DNA of 20,000 bases from an uncultured virus (IMG/VR IMGVR_UViG_3300001580_000009) (IMGVR_UViG_3300001580_000009), one strand, 5' to 3'; positions 1 to 9,055 are shown, counted from the stretch's first letter. Notes: generated by a model from the letters alone, not told the origin. Numbers and translations are program-made.

Positions 1-1851
1 AACTAAGTTTTCGCCGCCGGGCTTGCCTGTAAACAGATTAGATGACAATGCGGATTGTACATTGGCACCTGACGCCACTAGTGAATCTACAAGGGTTGAT
101 GCTCCGGGTTTCACGAACCCACTTGTTTCTAAATTCTTAACTGTTTCTCCGAACGATCCCACTACCGCAACCTTGCCGGCTGCTGTTTGCGCTATACCGG
201 CACCTTGTTGTACTGCAGCAGCTAGAGGGCCAGTAGCAACATCATTGGCAATAGCTCCCAATGTTGCGCTGGTGACGTTCTTGTCCATTGCTGCGCTTAC
301 CGGGCTAGTAACGGGCATTGTAGCCGCAGTAGACACTGACACTGCGTTCGTTACACTATTCAAACCTGCTTGATTGGCGTCGGCTACACCGGCTGCAGGT
401 GGCGAAGGTAAATTACCTTCAGCACTTAAATCTACTTTAACGTCTACTCCTTGGCCCGCATTAGCCCATGGGCAATGCGCTGGCGCTCTACTAGTAATAC
501 TCAATAGTTTACCGGGTGCAGCAACGAAGCCCTTCACCTTATCATGCAACGTATCTGTATGAACCATTATAGGCAAAGGTTTAACTTCTTGCGGTTTCGT
601 TGAAGCAGAACCGGTATTAAGATTAATTTTAGATCCGTTTATGTAAGTAATATCTTTACTAACAAACGATGATTCGCCGCCTGATTCAAAACTCATTTGT
701 TCATCTACTTTAGTAGTCATTTGACCTAAAGTATGGACTTTATAATTTTGACCGATTCGTTGTAAGTAATCTTTATCTGCTACAGTGTGTATTTGTTCTG
801 CTTGAATATTAAGATTTTTAGCAGCGTGAATATTAATATTGTTGTCTGCGTGTAAATTTAAATCACCCTGTGTTCTTAGGTTAATTGAGTTGGTAGAGTA
901 AACATCAACTGTGCCTTCTTTACCTAACTCAATGTATGATTGACCATTAGAATGCAACAGCATTAATGTTTGACCATCATCACTCATTAATATTTGGTGT
1001 CCTAATGCCGTACGAATTCTGATTAATTGATCACGACCAATTACATCGCCATCATCCATAACAATTGAATGGCCGCCGCGACGAGCGAGTACCCGCAACT
1101 GTTGATTTTTACTGTCATCTAAGTTACCGGCTACTGTATTATCATCAAAGCCACCTGAATATATAGGGCGACCGGGAGTGCTTACGCCCCAACCTACTCT
1201 AGATGGTGTCTCTCGCTGTGAACTTGATGATATAGGTCCCCTAATAGGGTCTCTAATAATACCCTGCTGCGCCATGATCATGGCAGTATAGGTATGTACT
1301 GGTTTGGGTTCCTTTAAGTATTTGTCCGTATTGGCCACTCCCGGATTATTCATATTAATGTTAGTAACCGGAAGTCTTACAGCACCACCATAACTTTGTG
1401 CTTCTCCTTCATTTGCTATAATGTTTTCTGTAGCTCCAATGGCAGGCACCATTGTCAATGCTTCGGGTTCAGGGATCGCTCCTATGTAGAAGCCATAGTT
1501 CATGTCACCGTTAACAAATATACAGATTACTCTTGTACCTATGTCCGGTGGTGAGCTCCAGTAACCATATGAACTAGAATTAGTTTTGTAACTCCCGTAA
1601 CCTGTTTCACTTGATGTAGGTCTCACCAAACCATAGAAAGGACTTAAGAAAGAAACAGTGACCCAGTTTTTCTTATCATCAGGATCAAGACCGCTGTTGT
1701 CTGCAATGTAAACTTGAAGTCTACCTGCTCTAATCGGATCGATATTGTCCTTAACGATTCCTATGACAGGTGCTAAACGAGCATTGGCATTACCCGCAAA
1801 CGGGGTACTAGCTCTTGTTGAACCTGACGGTTTGAAATAATCCTGTGCCAT
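1..1851 (-). CDS. gp5: Baseplate central spike, T4 gp5/VgrG-like (partial; 3' end lies beyond the left window edge; absent from the ORF track)
   Basis: Manual translation from ATG at 1851 (AGGA RBS at 1861-1864) gives MAQDYFKPSG...VIGIVKDNIDPIRAGRLQVYI...WVTVSFLSPFYG, a gp5 OB-fold-like start. It continues through beta-helix-like repeats (GHSIVMDDG...GHQILMSDD...INLRTQGDLNLHADNNINIHA) and SRAPAHCPW (HCPW at 466-477). The segments I translated share one frame, which is still open at position 1. Confidence 0.85.
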   Translation of the reverse strand, partial: MAQDYFKPSGSTRASTPFAGNANARLAPVIGIVKDNIDPIRAGRLQVYIADNSGLDPDDKKNWVTVSFLSPFYGLVRPTSSETGYGSYKTNSSSYGYWSSPPDIGTRVICIFVNGDMNYGFYIGAIPEPEALTMVPAIGATENIIANEGEAQSYGGAVRLPVTNINMNNPGVANTDKYLKEPKPVHTYTAMIMAQQGIIRDPIRGPISSSSQRETPSRVGWGVSTPGRPIYSGGFDDNTVAGNLDDSKNQQLRVLARRGGHSIVMDDGDVIGRDQLIRIRTALGHQILMSDDGQTLMLLHSNGQSYIELGKEGTVDVYSTNSINLRTQGDLNLHADNNINIHAAKNLNIQAEQIHTVADKDYLQRIGQNYKVHTLGQMTTKVDEQMSFESGGESSFVSKDITYINGSKINLNTGSASTKPQEVKPLPIMVHTDTLHDKVKGFVAAPGKLLSITSRAPAHCPWANAGQGVDVKVDLSAEGNLPSPPAAGVADANQAGLNSVTNAVSVSTAATMPVTSPVSAAMDKNVTSATLGAIANDVATGPLAAAVQQGAGIAQTAAGKVAVVGSFGETVKNLETSGFVKPGASTLVDSLVASGANVQSALSSNLFTGKPGGENLV

Positions 1852-1864
1852 TTAAATAAATCCT

Positions 1865-4348
1865 TTAAGGGTCTCGCTGATCTGTTTCTGTAGGTATAGT
1901 ATACTCATCCGTAACCGCAGATGCATTAACCGGTTGCACCGGTGCTAGACCATTGCTACTAGTTGTTCCTGTGCCACCATTAGAGTTAGGTCCAGAGATT
2001 TGTTTGGCTCTATCTTCCCCGATTTTCTTAATTGCTTGGGAAGAGAAAGTACTTAATACACAATCTAACACTTGCGTAAACTTACCATTGTTAAATGTGC
2101 TTTCAACTCCTATAACCATATAACTTACACCTTTAATACCCAATTCGGCAGAGTTAGGGATAAAGGTGATCTGTTCATTTATAGTCATCAATCCAGTACC
2201 TTCAGAATCATAGTCGTATGGTTCTTTGAAATCTATCTCAATCAAAACTTGAGAACCATTTGGATTAACAGTATAACCATCAGGACCGTAATATCTATCG
2301 TATTTGGCACCGGCGCCGGGATCTGCCTCATTCATTAATAAATCAGGATCACCTAATATAGTTATTTTTGCTTTTGAAAACGCACCCGGATCATACAAAA
2401 TAGTTCTAATGTTATTTTGTGATTCTAATGTTCTCGGCTGACGTCCTTGACGATTTTGATCTGTAAATTTGTTAGGTAAGTTAGGTGTCTCAGCATAACC
2501 TTCAGGGTTATCACCAATCGCAGGGTTCAACGTTACGTTGAAAAAAGTATTGTCCAATTGCTGTTCATAGCCAATTACTTCACTGTTTTTACCAGTGTAC
2601 CAATATTCATATCGTTTATGCGGGCCCGGGTAAGGAGGAACTTTGCTAGCATACGCAGCCGGCAAAATCGGAGTTTCATATTTTTGAATTACGTATGTAA
2701 TATCGTATGCGTAATCGGATGTGTTGGGATCCCAACGTGGATTAGTAGCTCTAGGTGATACACTATACCAAGATACCGTTTGATTAGGATCAGGTGGTGT
2801 TGTAGGATAGTCTTTCTTTTGTGGATCCGGTGAGGTTGTTGATACGTAACTAACTTTTAATGCGTCACGCAAGAAAGAACTTTGTACGATAATTTGATCA
2901 ATAGCCTGCAATACTGCTGTGTCGTTTTTAAAAGTTAATTCTCTTTTATTGGTATTTGGAACCGCTTCTATAGCAATAGCGTCAGTTGATTCTTTTGAAT
3001 TTGTAGCTCGGCTTGAAGGTGTCTTACTCTTTTCAGTATCATCTGGCAAAACTAATGATGCGTTTTCAATGAGCTTAACGTCCGGACCTATAAATTCTAC
3101 GGCATAATTATTAATTTCTTTAATGCTGCCGGCATTTTTTAAATCTTGCTGTGCCGCTGTCATTTTCTTCAACATTTCACGAATGGCTTCACCTACAGTT
3201 CCTGCGGTAACTTTAGCCCCGTTGTCAACTCTGCCTCGCTTTACATTAAAAGCGACAATACTAGGCACCGGTGCAGCCTTAATTTGATACGTAGTTGCTT
3301 TACCGTCAATTTTAAATTTAAGTGCGTTGATTAGTAAGTCGTAATACAATTCAAAAGTTCCGCCTGATTGCGGTGTTACTCTAGGATCTAATTGTATTGA
3401 TTCTCCGGGAAACATTTCTTTACCTGTCAATATCTTCCCGTCATCACCGTAACCTAGAAAGCGTATTCCTAGTACAAAGAACTGCCTAGTAGGGTTCTTA
3501 CCACCTGCAGACATAGTAGGCTTGATAGTTTCTACTGCTTGTTTTAAACGAGATATCAATGAGAATCCGTAAGGTTCAGTAACCTGAAATGATATTTCCG
3601 TAGAGGTTGCTGCTGATTGAGTACCCTTACTCATCACCGTTTTAATTTTTAAATTATCTATATAAAAATCTTCAGCAAAGCCCGGCGCTCTTTGAGCCGG
3701 ATCCGTAATGCCACCACTCTGTAATATAAGTTTAGCTCCGGATATATCTCTGCGACCTGAATTTATAAAATCATCTCGGGCTCTAGGTGACATAACATAC
3801 AAGGATAACTGGTATGTGTAGCTAGAGTACCACCCTAACGGATTTTTTAATCTCTTACCAGGTTTTGAGTCTCCCGCGCCGGCAGTAGTAGACGCGCCCA
3901 CTGAAACTGAGCTTGAAGCTGTGCCGGGAGTGGGCGCTGAGTAATTGCTTAATCTGGCTGCTTCGGCTCTGTCGTTGCTACCATCATCGTCAGCGGTTCC
4001 CGTTAGTTCTGCTGTGGGCTCGGCGTTGGCCGTGGCCGGTGGTATCGGTTCGGCAGTGTTTGGTTGCGATGTTTCGGGTGGGGTTGCCGGCGGAGGGGCG
4101 GGAGGAGGGGTGGCTAATGCTTCTTTGACTTGTTCCCACTGACCTGAGGTTGCCATTTCAGTCATTGCCGCTTGGGCTGCAGGCGACAAATTAGGACTTG
4201 AAGCCAATCCAATGAATGATTGCGCTGATAATTTATTGATATTAGTGAGCATCATGCCGTAACTCGGGATGCCCGGACCTCTCACAATTACATTGCCGCT
4301 AGGGCTTAAATCATAGTTATAACCATTAACTGTAATGAAGTCTGCCAT
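1865..4348 (-). CDS. Baseplate hub-like protein (gp27/Mu gp44-like fold likely) with Pro/Ala-rich N-terminal extension
   Basis: 827-aa ORF between the gp53-like and gp5-like genes. Motifs NPLGWYSSYTYQLSLY, FQVTEPYG, ITILGDP and VESTFNNGKFTQVL resemble contractile-tail hub proteins. Confidence 0.6.
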   Translation of the reverse strand: MADFITVNGYNYDLSPSGNVIVRGPGIPSYGMMLTNINKLSAQSFIGLASSPNLSPAAQAAMTEMATSGQWEQVKEALATPPPAPPPATPPETSQPNTAEPIPPATANAEPTAELTGTADDDGSNDRAEAARLSNYSAPTPGTASSSVSVGASTTAGAGDSKPGKRLKNPLGWYSSYTYQLSLYVMSPRARDDFINSGRRDISGAKLILQSGGITDPAQRAPGFAEDFYIDNLKIKTVMSKGTQSAATSTEISFQVTEPYGFSLISRLKQAVETIKPTMSAGGKNPTRQFFVLGIRFLGYGDDGKILTGKEMFPGESIQLDPRVTPQSGGTFELYYDLLINALKFKIDGKATTYQIKAAPVPSIVAFNVKRGRVDNGAKVTAGTVGEAIREMLKKMTAAQQDLKNAGSIKEINNYAVEFIGPDVKLIENASLVLPDDTEKSKTPSSRATNSKESTDAIAIEAVPNTNKRELTFKNDTAVLQAIDQIIVQSSFLRDALKVSYVSTTSPDPQKKDYPTTPPDPNQTVSWYSVSPRATNPRWDPNTSDYAYDITYVIQKYETPILPAAYASKVPPYPGPHKRYEYWYTGKNSEVIGYEQQLDNTFFNVTLNPAIGDNPEGYAETPNLPNKFTDQNRQGRQPRTLESQNNIRTILYDPGAFSKAKITILGDPDLLMNEADPGAGAKYDRYYGPDGYTVNPNGSQVLIEIDFKEPYDYDSEGTGLMTINEQITFIPNSAELGIKGVSYMVIGVESTFNNGKFTQVLDCVLSTFSSQAIKKIGEDRAKQISGPNSNGGTGTTSSNGLAPVQPVNASAVTDEYTIPTETDQRDP

Positions 4349-4660
4349 TTAGATTCCCAATGCTGCTTTTAAGGTATCCATAGTAGGTATATATATTTTG
4401 ATGCCAGCCACAAAATCAAAATACGGATCCTTACTTAATTTATTAGGGTTGCGTTGAGCGAATACCCACCACAATCTAGAATCACCGTATAAGTCATACG
4501 CTAATAAATCAGGTCTATGTTCATACACTCTTGGCAATTCATAATAAACATCAGTTGATAATGCCGGGATTGGGCGAAACTCTAATACATCTAGATATCT
4601 ATTGTCTACAACGGACGTATTTCTAAATGGACTAGTTGACGGATATATGTTGTTTATCAT
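4349..4660 (-). CDS. gp53: Baseplate wedge protein, gp53/LysM-like
   Basis: Contains RPDLLAYDLYGDSRLWWVFAQRN...IYIP, typical of the gp53 family. The likely start is ATG at 4660, overlapping the upstream stop as TAATG, giving 103 aa. Confidence 0.8.
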   Translation of the reverse strand: MINNIYPSTSPFRNTSVVDNRYLDVLEFRPIPALSTDVYYELPRVYEHRPDLLAYDLYGDSRLWWVFAQRNPNKLSKDPYFDFVAGIKIYIPTMDTLKAALGI

Positions 4661-6342
4661 TACCAAACTCCTGGCTTCTGTCTCTTAGAACCACGTAATA
4701 GCTCACCCGTAGCGTATTGCTTGACGCTAAAGTCATTACTAATTTGATTTCTACTAATCATCGGTGCTGCTGAGATTTGCAATTGAATTTTTGTTGGAAC
4801 ATAAGTGGGTTCTTTTTGATTTTTAGGTCCCGCAGCAAATTGTACTGGAATCGGTCTTCCACCGGGGCTGATGCCCTTCAATCTAGTCTGTGATGCTGTT
4901 CCTGTAGTTCCTCCAGAATCAGGACCGATCTTAGTTTGTTCATTTATTGACGCACGTATATAATCAACATTATTCGGCAAATTATAATTAAACGAAGTGA
5001 TTACTAATGGGTGAGTGTCAAATTGAAACGCCCCTAAACCATGGAGATAACATAAAGGCGGGGGAGTTCCTGCTTTAGGATCTTTGTCCTGCGCATAAAA
5101 CATTTTTGTAACTGATCTAAAGAAATGAATTACAGCCAACAAATAATTAGCTTCAAACGTGTCTTGCGCCGTAAAGTCTCCCGTAATAGTTATATTATCT
5201 ATGCTACTGCTATTGTATTGGTATATTTTATAATTACTATGAGTTACCGTAGTTGGATCATAGTTTGCAACATATTGAACTTGAATTTGCGGAGTATACG
5301 GGAATATAACACCTTTAGTGTCTGCTAAGGGTGCAAGTATACCCGGAGAATCTTTATTTTCATATAGATAATACGCACCTTCTGCCAAAGATAATCTTAC
5401 TCTCCAGTCTTTCTGTAAGTTGAAATTTACTTCATCTTGTGCGCTAGCCTGAGCATTTGGTGAGTTGACGTTTTGTAACCCTTGAACATTAGTTGCGGAT
5501 CTAACGTCATCGTCAGTGGGCGGAATATATTCAGGTGTGTCGGCCATACCTGCGTCAGCCATTGCCGCTGTTTCGTCATCCAATGCGTCAATTACTGCTT
5601 GTTCAGTGGGGGGCTCCTGTTCTGATTGAGCCGCAATCATTTCTGACTGCAAGAATGGGTCTTCTTCAGCGTCAATTACTGCCTGTTCAGTAGGGGGCTC
5701 CTGTTCTGATTGAGCCGCAATCATTTCTGACTGCAAGAATGGGTCTTCTTCAGCGTCAATTACATCTTGCGAGGTCGGTTCTTCTACCGCTATTGGCTCT
5801 GCCATTGCCGCTGTTTCGTCATCTAATGCGTCAATTACTGTTTGTTCCGTCGGAGTTTCTGGTTCAGTTGCAGGCGGGCCCGCGGGATCAGAAGATGTCG
5901 TAACCGGCAATTCCCCGTTTTGTTTTAGGTAGGCTACGGCTGCCGGTGAGGCTTGGGAAGGGTCTATTTTTGCTATTTCTATATCAATCGCAGCAGCCTC
6001 GTCTTGTTTGGCAATATAAGGTTTTCTAGCGTTGGTTCTCGCATCAAATGCTGCGTCCCGTGCAGCAAGTAATGGTTGGTACTCGGCTAATTGTGTATTC
6101 CATTGAGTTTGTATCGCCAGGTACTGTTGTTGCAATGCCGCATTATTCGGATTGGCATCTGCCGCCTTTTTAGCGTCAATTACATCTCCCAAATCTAAAT
6201 TGCCGGGACGCGATAGGAATGCATCTAATGCTGCTTGAGCCTGATTGAGTTTTACGTCTGCGGCTTCCGCGGCGGCCAGCAAAGGTACTAATTCTTGTTC
6301 TTTTATTGCTAACTGTGCCTTTAATTCTGCGACTGTGGCCAT
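4660..6342 (-). CDS. Tail tube initiator / baseplate-tube junction-like protein with long N-terminal helical and acidic repeat extension
   Basis: The C-terminal ~250 aa (DWRVRLSL, GVIFPYTPQI, THSNY, ITGDFTAQ, GTPPPLCYLHGLG, PLVITSFNYNLP) resembles tube-fold baseplate proteins (gp48/gp54-like). It is the first gene of the baseplate operon, behind an ATAAATA motif. Confidence 0.6.
   Translation of the reverse strand: MATVAELKAQLAIKEQELVPLLAAAEAADVKLNQAQAALDAFLSRPGNLDLGDVIDAKKAADANPNNAALQQQYLAIQTQWNTQLAEYQPLLAARDAAFDARTNARKPYIAKQDEAAAIDIEIAKIDPSQASPAAVAYLKQNGELPVTTSSDPAGPPATEPETPTEQTVIDALDDETAAMAEPIAVEEPTSQDVIDAEEDPFLQSEMIAAQSEQEPPTEQAVIDAEEDPFLQSEMIAAQSEQEPPTEQAVIDALDDETAAMADAGMADTPEYIPPTDDDVRSATNVQGLQNVNSPNAQASAQDEVNFNLQKDWRVRLSLAEGAYYLYENKDSPGILAPLADTKGVIFPYTPQIQVQYVANYDPTTVTHSNYKIYQYNSSSIDNITITGDFTAQDTFEANYLLAVIHFFRSVTKMFYAQDKDPKAGTPPPLCYLHGLGAFQFDTHPLVITSFNYNLPNNVDYIRASINEQTKIGPDSGGTTGTASQTRLKGISPGGRPIPVQFAAGPKNQKEPTYVPTKIQLQISAAPMISRNQISNDFSVKQYATGELLRGSKRQKPGVW
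5558..5840 (-). repeat. Intragenic tandem repeat (84-bp unit, 28 aa) bracketed by a 40-bp direct repeat
   Basis: GCGTCAATTAC recurs at 5585, 5669, 5753 and 5828 (spacings 84, 84, 75). The unit encodes VIDAEEDPFLQSEMIAAQSEQEPPTEQA. Segments 5558-5597 and 5801-5840 match at 39/40 bases (VIDALDDETAAMA). Confidence 0.95.
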
Positions 6343-6358
6343 ACATTTTCACCTTTAC

Positions 6359-6372
6359 TAAATAGTATTTAT
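6359..6372. promoter_or_regulatory. Pair of oppositely oriented T4-type late promoter motifs
   Basis: TAAATA on + (6359-6364) and ATAAATA on - (6366-6372), between the divergent baseplate operon and gp55. Both resemble the T4 gp55 consensus TATAAATA. Confidence 0.6.
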
Positions 6373-6406
6373 CGCTAAAAAAGTCCCCATTTTTTACCCT
6401 ATAGTG

Positions 6407-6435
6407 TTGTAAAACCTATTAAACTATGCTATATT
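6407..6435 (+). promoter_or_regulatory. Sigma70-like promoter for gp55
   Basis: TTGTAA (6407-6412), a 17-nt spacer and TATATT (6430-6435), with an extended -10 TG at 6427-6428. AAGGA RBS at 6454-6458. Confidence 0.55.
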
Positions 6436-6461
6436 CTTAGCATTTGTTAACCTAAGGAACT

Positions 6462-7364
6462 ATGTCTACAATACCCGCAATCAAAAAACCCGTAAATTAT
6501 CTAAACAATAAGGACATTCTCAAAGAGATTCATGAGAGCAAAAATTCTTATTGTTACTTTTCTAAGCAGGAATATCATCGTTACGATCTAATCGTCGATG
6601 CTGCCCACGATGAGTTAAACAAAGCACTAGAAACAGTGCTTAATCCCGAAAATATTCAAACAGCAAAAGAAAATCGAGCCAATCGACTTTCAGTAGAAAC
6701 TGGTCAAAAGATTGACCCAAATGATATTCCTACTACTGATTTAGTATTTAGAGTGATGACTTGGGAGCATATTCCCGTTTCACCCAAGCAACCACGTAAA
6801 GTTACAAAAAAGAAAACGGCAAAGGACATCATTGAATTTGAAGATGATTCCGAAGATGAGCTATTTGCTGACTTAGAAGATTCTACAACCAAAGATGAAG
6901 TTGACGACATGGTGCATGTTAAGGTCAACTTCCCACCATTTCAGCATTTTAAGATTGACGAAAATGGTTCATTCAAATGTGTAGGCAAAAGTCATTGGAT
7001 CGGCGGAATCAAAACTGGACATTTCAGCAAAGACCACGGTAGGATTACCGATAAGTTAGCCCGAATGTATATTCTTCTTTGCGAAAAATATTCAATGAAG
7101 TTCAATTGGCGCGGATATACTTACAACGATGAAATGCGCAATAGCGCCATTCTTCAGTTAACTTATGTAGGTTTACGATTCAACGAAGCTAAATCGGCTA
7201 ATCCATTTGCTTATTACACTGCTGCCATCAATAACAGTTTCTGTCGTGTATTGAATACCGAAAAACGCAATCAAAATATTCGTGATGATATTTTAGAATT
7301 GGCTGGGTTAAACCCAAGTTGGTCACGCCAGAGTATGAGTTCGGGCGCTTCATACGAAGAATAA
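6462..7364 (+). CDS. gp55: Late-transcription sigma factor, T4 gp55-like
   Basis: N-terminal VNYLNNKDILKEI, plus NWRGYTYNDEM and FNEAKSANPFAYYT motifs. It lies immediately upstream of gp47/gp46, as in many T4-like phages. Confidence 0.85.
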   Translation: MSTIPAIKKPVNYLNNKDILKEIHESKNSYCYFSKQEYHRYDLIVDAAHDELNKALETVLNPENIQTAKENRANRLSVETGQKIDPNDIPTTDLVFRVMTWEHIPVSPKQPRKVTKKKTAKDIIEFEDDSEDELFADLEDSTTKDEVDDMVHVKVNFPPFQHFKIDENGSFKCVGKSHWIGGIKTGHFSKDHGRITDKLARMYILLCEKYSMKFNWRGYTYNDEMRNSAILQLTYVGLRFNEAKSANPFAYYTAAINNSFCRVLNTEKRNQNIRDDILELAGLNPSWSRQSMSSGASYEE

Positions 7365-7414
7365 CTTTACCGTTATTATAGCGGTCCTACACCATTATAA
7401 TTTATAATTATCGA

Positions 7415-8431
7415 ATGACTAACCTATTCAAAAAAGCAGCCGTTTTTACGGATATTCACTATGGCCTAAAGTCAAACAGTCTTCAACATAACCAAGACTG
7501 TGCCAATTTCGTAGATTGGTTTATTACTACTGCCAAAAAAGAAGGGTGTGAAACTTGTTTTTTCTTGGGAGATTGGAATCACCATCGTGCAAGCATTAAC
7601 ATTCACACACTACAGTTTGGTCTGCAAGCTTTAGAGAAACTAAGTAGGGCATTCGATAAAGTCTATTTTATTCCCGGAAATCACGATCTATATTATCGTG
7701 ATCGCAGGGACATTCATAGCGTAGAATGGGCTAAACATCTACCCAATTTAACAATCGTCAATGACTTTTTCTCAGAAGGTGATGTTGTCATTGCCCCATG
7801 GTTAGTACAAGAAGATTACAAAAAATTAAAGAAATACAGCGGGAAATACTTATTTGGGCATCTTGAACTACCACGTTTCTACATGAACGCAATGGTAGAA
7901 ATGCCCGATCACGGTGAAATTAACGAAGACCACATGACTGGCTTCGAAATGGTGTTCAGCGGTCACTTTCACAAGCGCCAAAGTCGTAAGAATATTTGGT
8001 ACATCGGTAATGCTTTCCCGCATAACTATGCTGACGCAGGTGATGACGCACGAGGCATGATGATTTTAGAATGGGGTCAAGAACCTGTTTTTAAGTCATG
8101 GCCTCGTCAACCCATCTATCGTGTTTATAAGCTAAGTGAAGTATTAGATAAGCCAGAAGGCTATCTATTGATTGACTCACATGTGCGTGTTCACTTGGAT
8201 ATAGACATAAGTTACGAAGAGGCTAATTTTTTGAGGGAGACTTTTATTCCAGAGTATAAACTCCGTGAGATGACTCTTATCCCCATCAAAAGCGAGGGAA
8301 TAGAACAGGGCCAAAATTCTGATGGGTTGAAATTTGAATCAGTAGATCAAATTGTCATAGACCAGATTAATGCGATTGAGAGTAAGAACTTTGATAAGAA
8401 GGTTTTACTAGATATCTACAACAACTTATAA
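7415..8431 (+). CDS. gp47: Recombination endonuclease subunit, Mre11/SbcD-like metallophosphoesterase
   Basis: Has the DIH, GDWNH, GNHD, GHL and SGHFH metallophosphoesterase motifs, and is adjacent to a Rad50-like gene. Confidence 0.93.
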   Translation: MTNLFKKAAVFTDIHYGLKSNSLQHNQDCANFVDWFITTAKKEGCETCFFLGDWNHHRASINIHTLQFGLQALEKLSRAFDKVYFIPGNHDLYYRDRRDIHSVEWAKHLPNLTIVNDFFSEGDVVIAPWLVQEDYKKLKKYSGKYLFGHLELPRFYMNAMVEMPDHGEINEDHMTGFEMVFSGHFHKRQSRKNIWYIGNAFPHNYADAGDDARGMMILEWGQEPVFKSWPRQPIYRVYKLSEVLDKPEGYLLIDSHVRVHLDIDISYEEANFLRETFIPEYKLREMTLIPIKSEGIEQGQNSDGLKFESVDQIVIDQINAIESKNFDKKVLLDIYNNL

Positions 8432-8941
8432 GACAGGAGTCCAACCTTTGACAGCTTTTCGTTTTCCTTTGAAAATCTGATTGACTGTCCCTTTGTTGGC
8501 TCCATATGTCTGTATGAAATTGTATCTGGTCATGATTACTTCAGTTCCGTCTTTATGACGCCAAATATACTCTGTATGATTATACCTGTAATTTCGTTCA
8601 CCTGTGTGAGCCAAAGAATTTTTAGTAAGAGTTTCGGTTGTTTTTTGAGGGTGATATTTGCCGCAAGCAAATCCCCCACCGTCTTCAGGAATAAGATTAG
8701 CCCATTGCTTACTCTCAGCAACCGACCATGCTTTGCTATAAAACAGGCCCCAACTTTTTAATGATTCTTTTGAAAAGCACTTTTGTAAAATGTATGTATC
8801 ATGCTCTTTGCCGTGCTTTTTAAGATGACGCTTCCAGACTGTTCCCGATCCTTTGTAATTGAATGGATTTTGTACAGTCTGACAAAGATATTTCAACCCA
8901 GTGATGCGGTGGGTCTTAACTAATAGGTAATAAATAGTCAT
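8426..8941 (-). CDS. Free-standing GIY-YIG-like (Seg-type) homing endonuclease
   Basis: Begins MTIYYLLVKTHRITGLKYLCQT...YKGSG...WANLIPE (a degenerate GIY-YIG layout) with a basic C-terminal DNA-binding-like tail. The likely start is ATG at 8941, with GAGGAG 7 nt upstream (8949-8954), rather than the track's start at 8956. Confidence 0.7.
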   Translation of the reverse strand: MTIYYLLVKTHRITGLKYLCQTVQNPFNYKGSGTVWKRHLKKHGKEHDTYILQKCFSKESLKSWGLFYSKAWSVAESKQWANLIPEDGGGFACGKYHPQKTTETLTKNSLAHTGERNYRYNHTEYIWRHKDGTEVIMTRYNFIQTYGANKGTVNQIFKGKRKAVKGWTPVL

Positions 8942-9008
8942 GCTGATGCTCCTCAATAGCGTTAGAGTAGTTGGGAATCCCCATTCCGCGAACTACACTT
9001 TTATTTAT
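8942..9008 (-). promoter_or_regulatory. Late promoter motif plus structured 5' leader of the endonuclease gene
   Basis: On -: ATAAATA (9002-9008), then the hairpin GTAGTT-CGC-GGAAT-GGGG-ATTCC-C-AACTAC (8967-8996), then the GAGGAG RBS. Confidence 0.6.
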
Positions 9009-9018
9009 GCCAATTTAG

Positions 9019-9047
9019 TTGAAATGTCTACACCTAATGTATACAAT
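9019..9047 (+). promoter_or_regulatory. Sigma70-like promoter for gp46
   Basis: TTGAAA (9019-9024), a 17-nt spacer and TACAAT (9042-9047), ending 8 nt before the ATG at 9056. Confidence 0.65.
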
Positions 9048-9055
9048 GAGAAACT

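Noticed and set aside
23..562. Track ORFs 23-373 and 374-562 on +
   Set aside because: They are antisense shadows of the gp5-like gene on the - strand and have no recognisable motifs.
5585..5840. Possible CRISPR array
   Set aside because: The units are whole in-frame duplications with no unique spacers, and no cas genes are present.
7369..7385. Hairpin ACCGTTA-TTA-TAGCGGT after gp55 as a terminator
   Set aside because: The 7-bp stem is weak and has no following U-tract, so there is not enough support.
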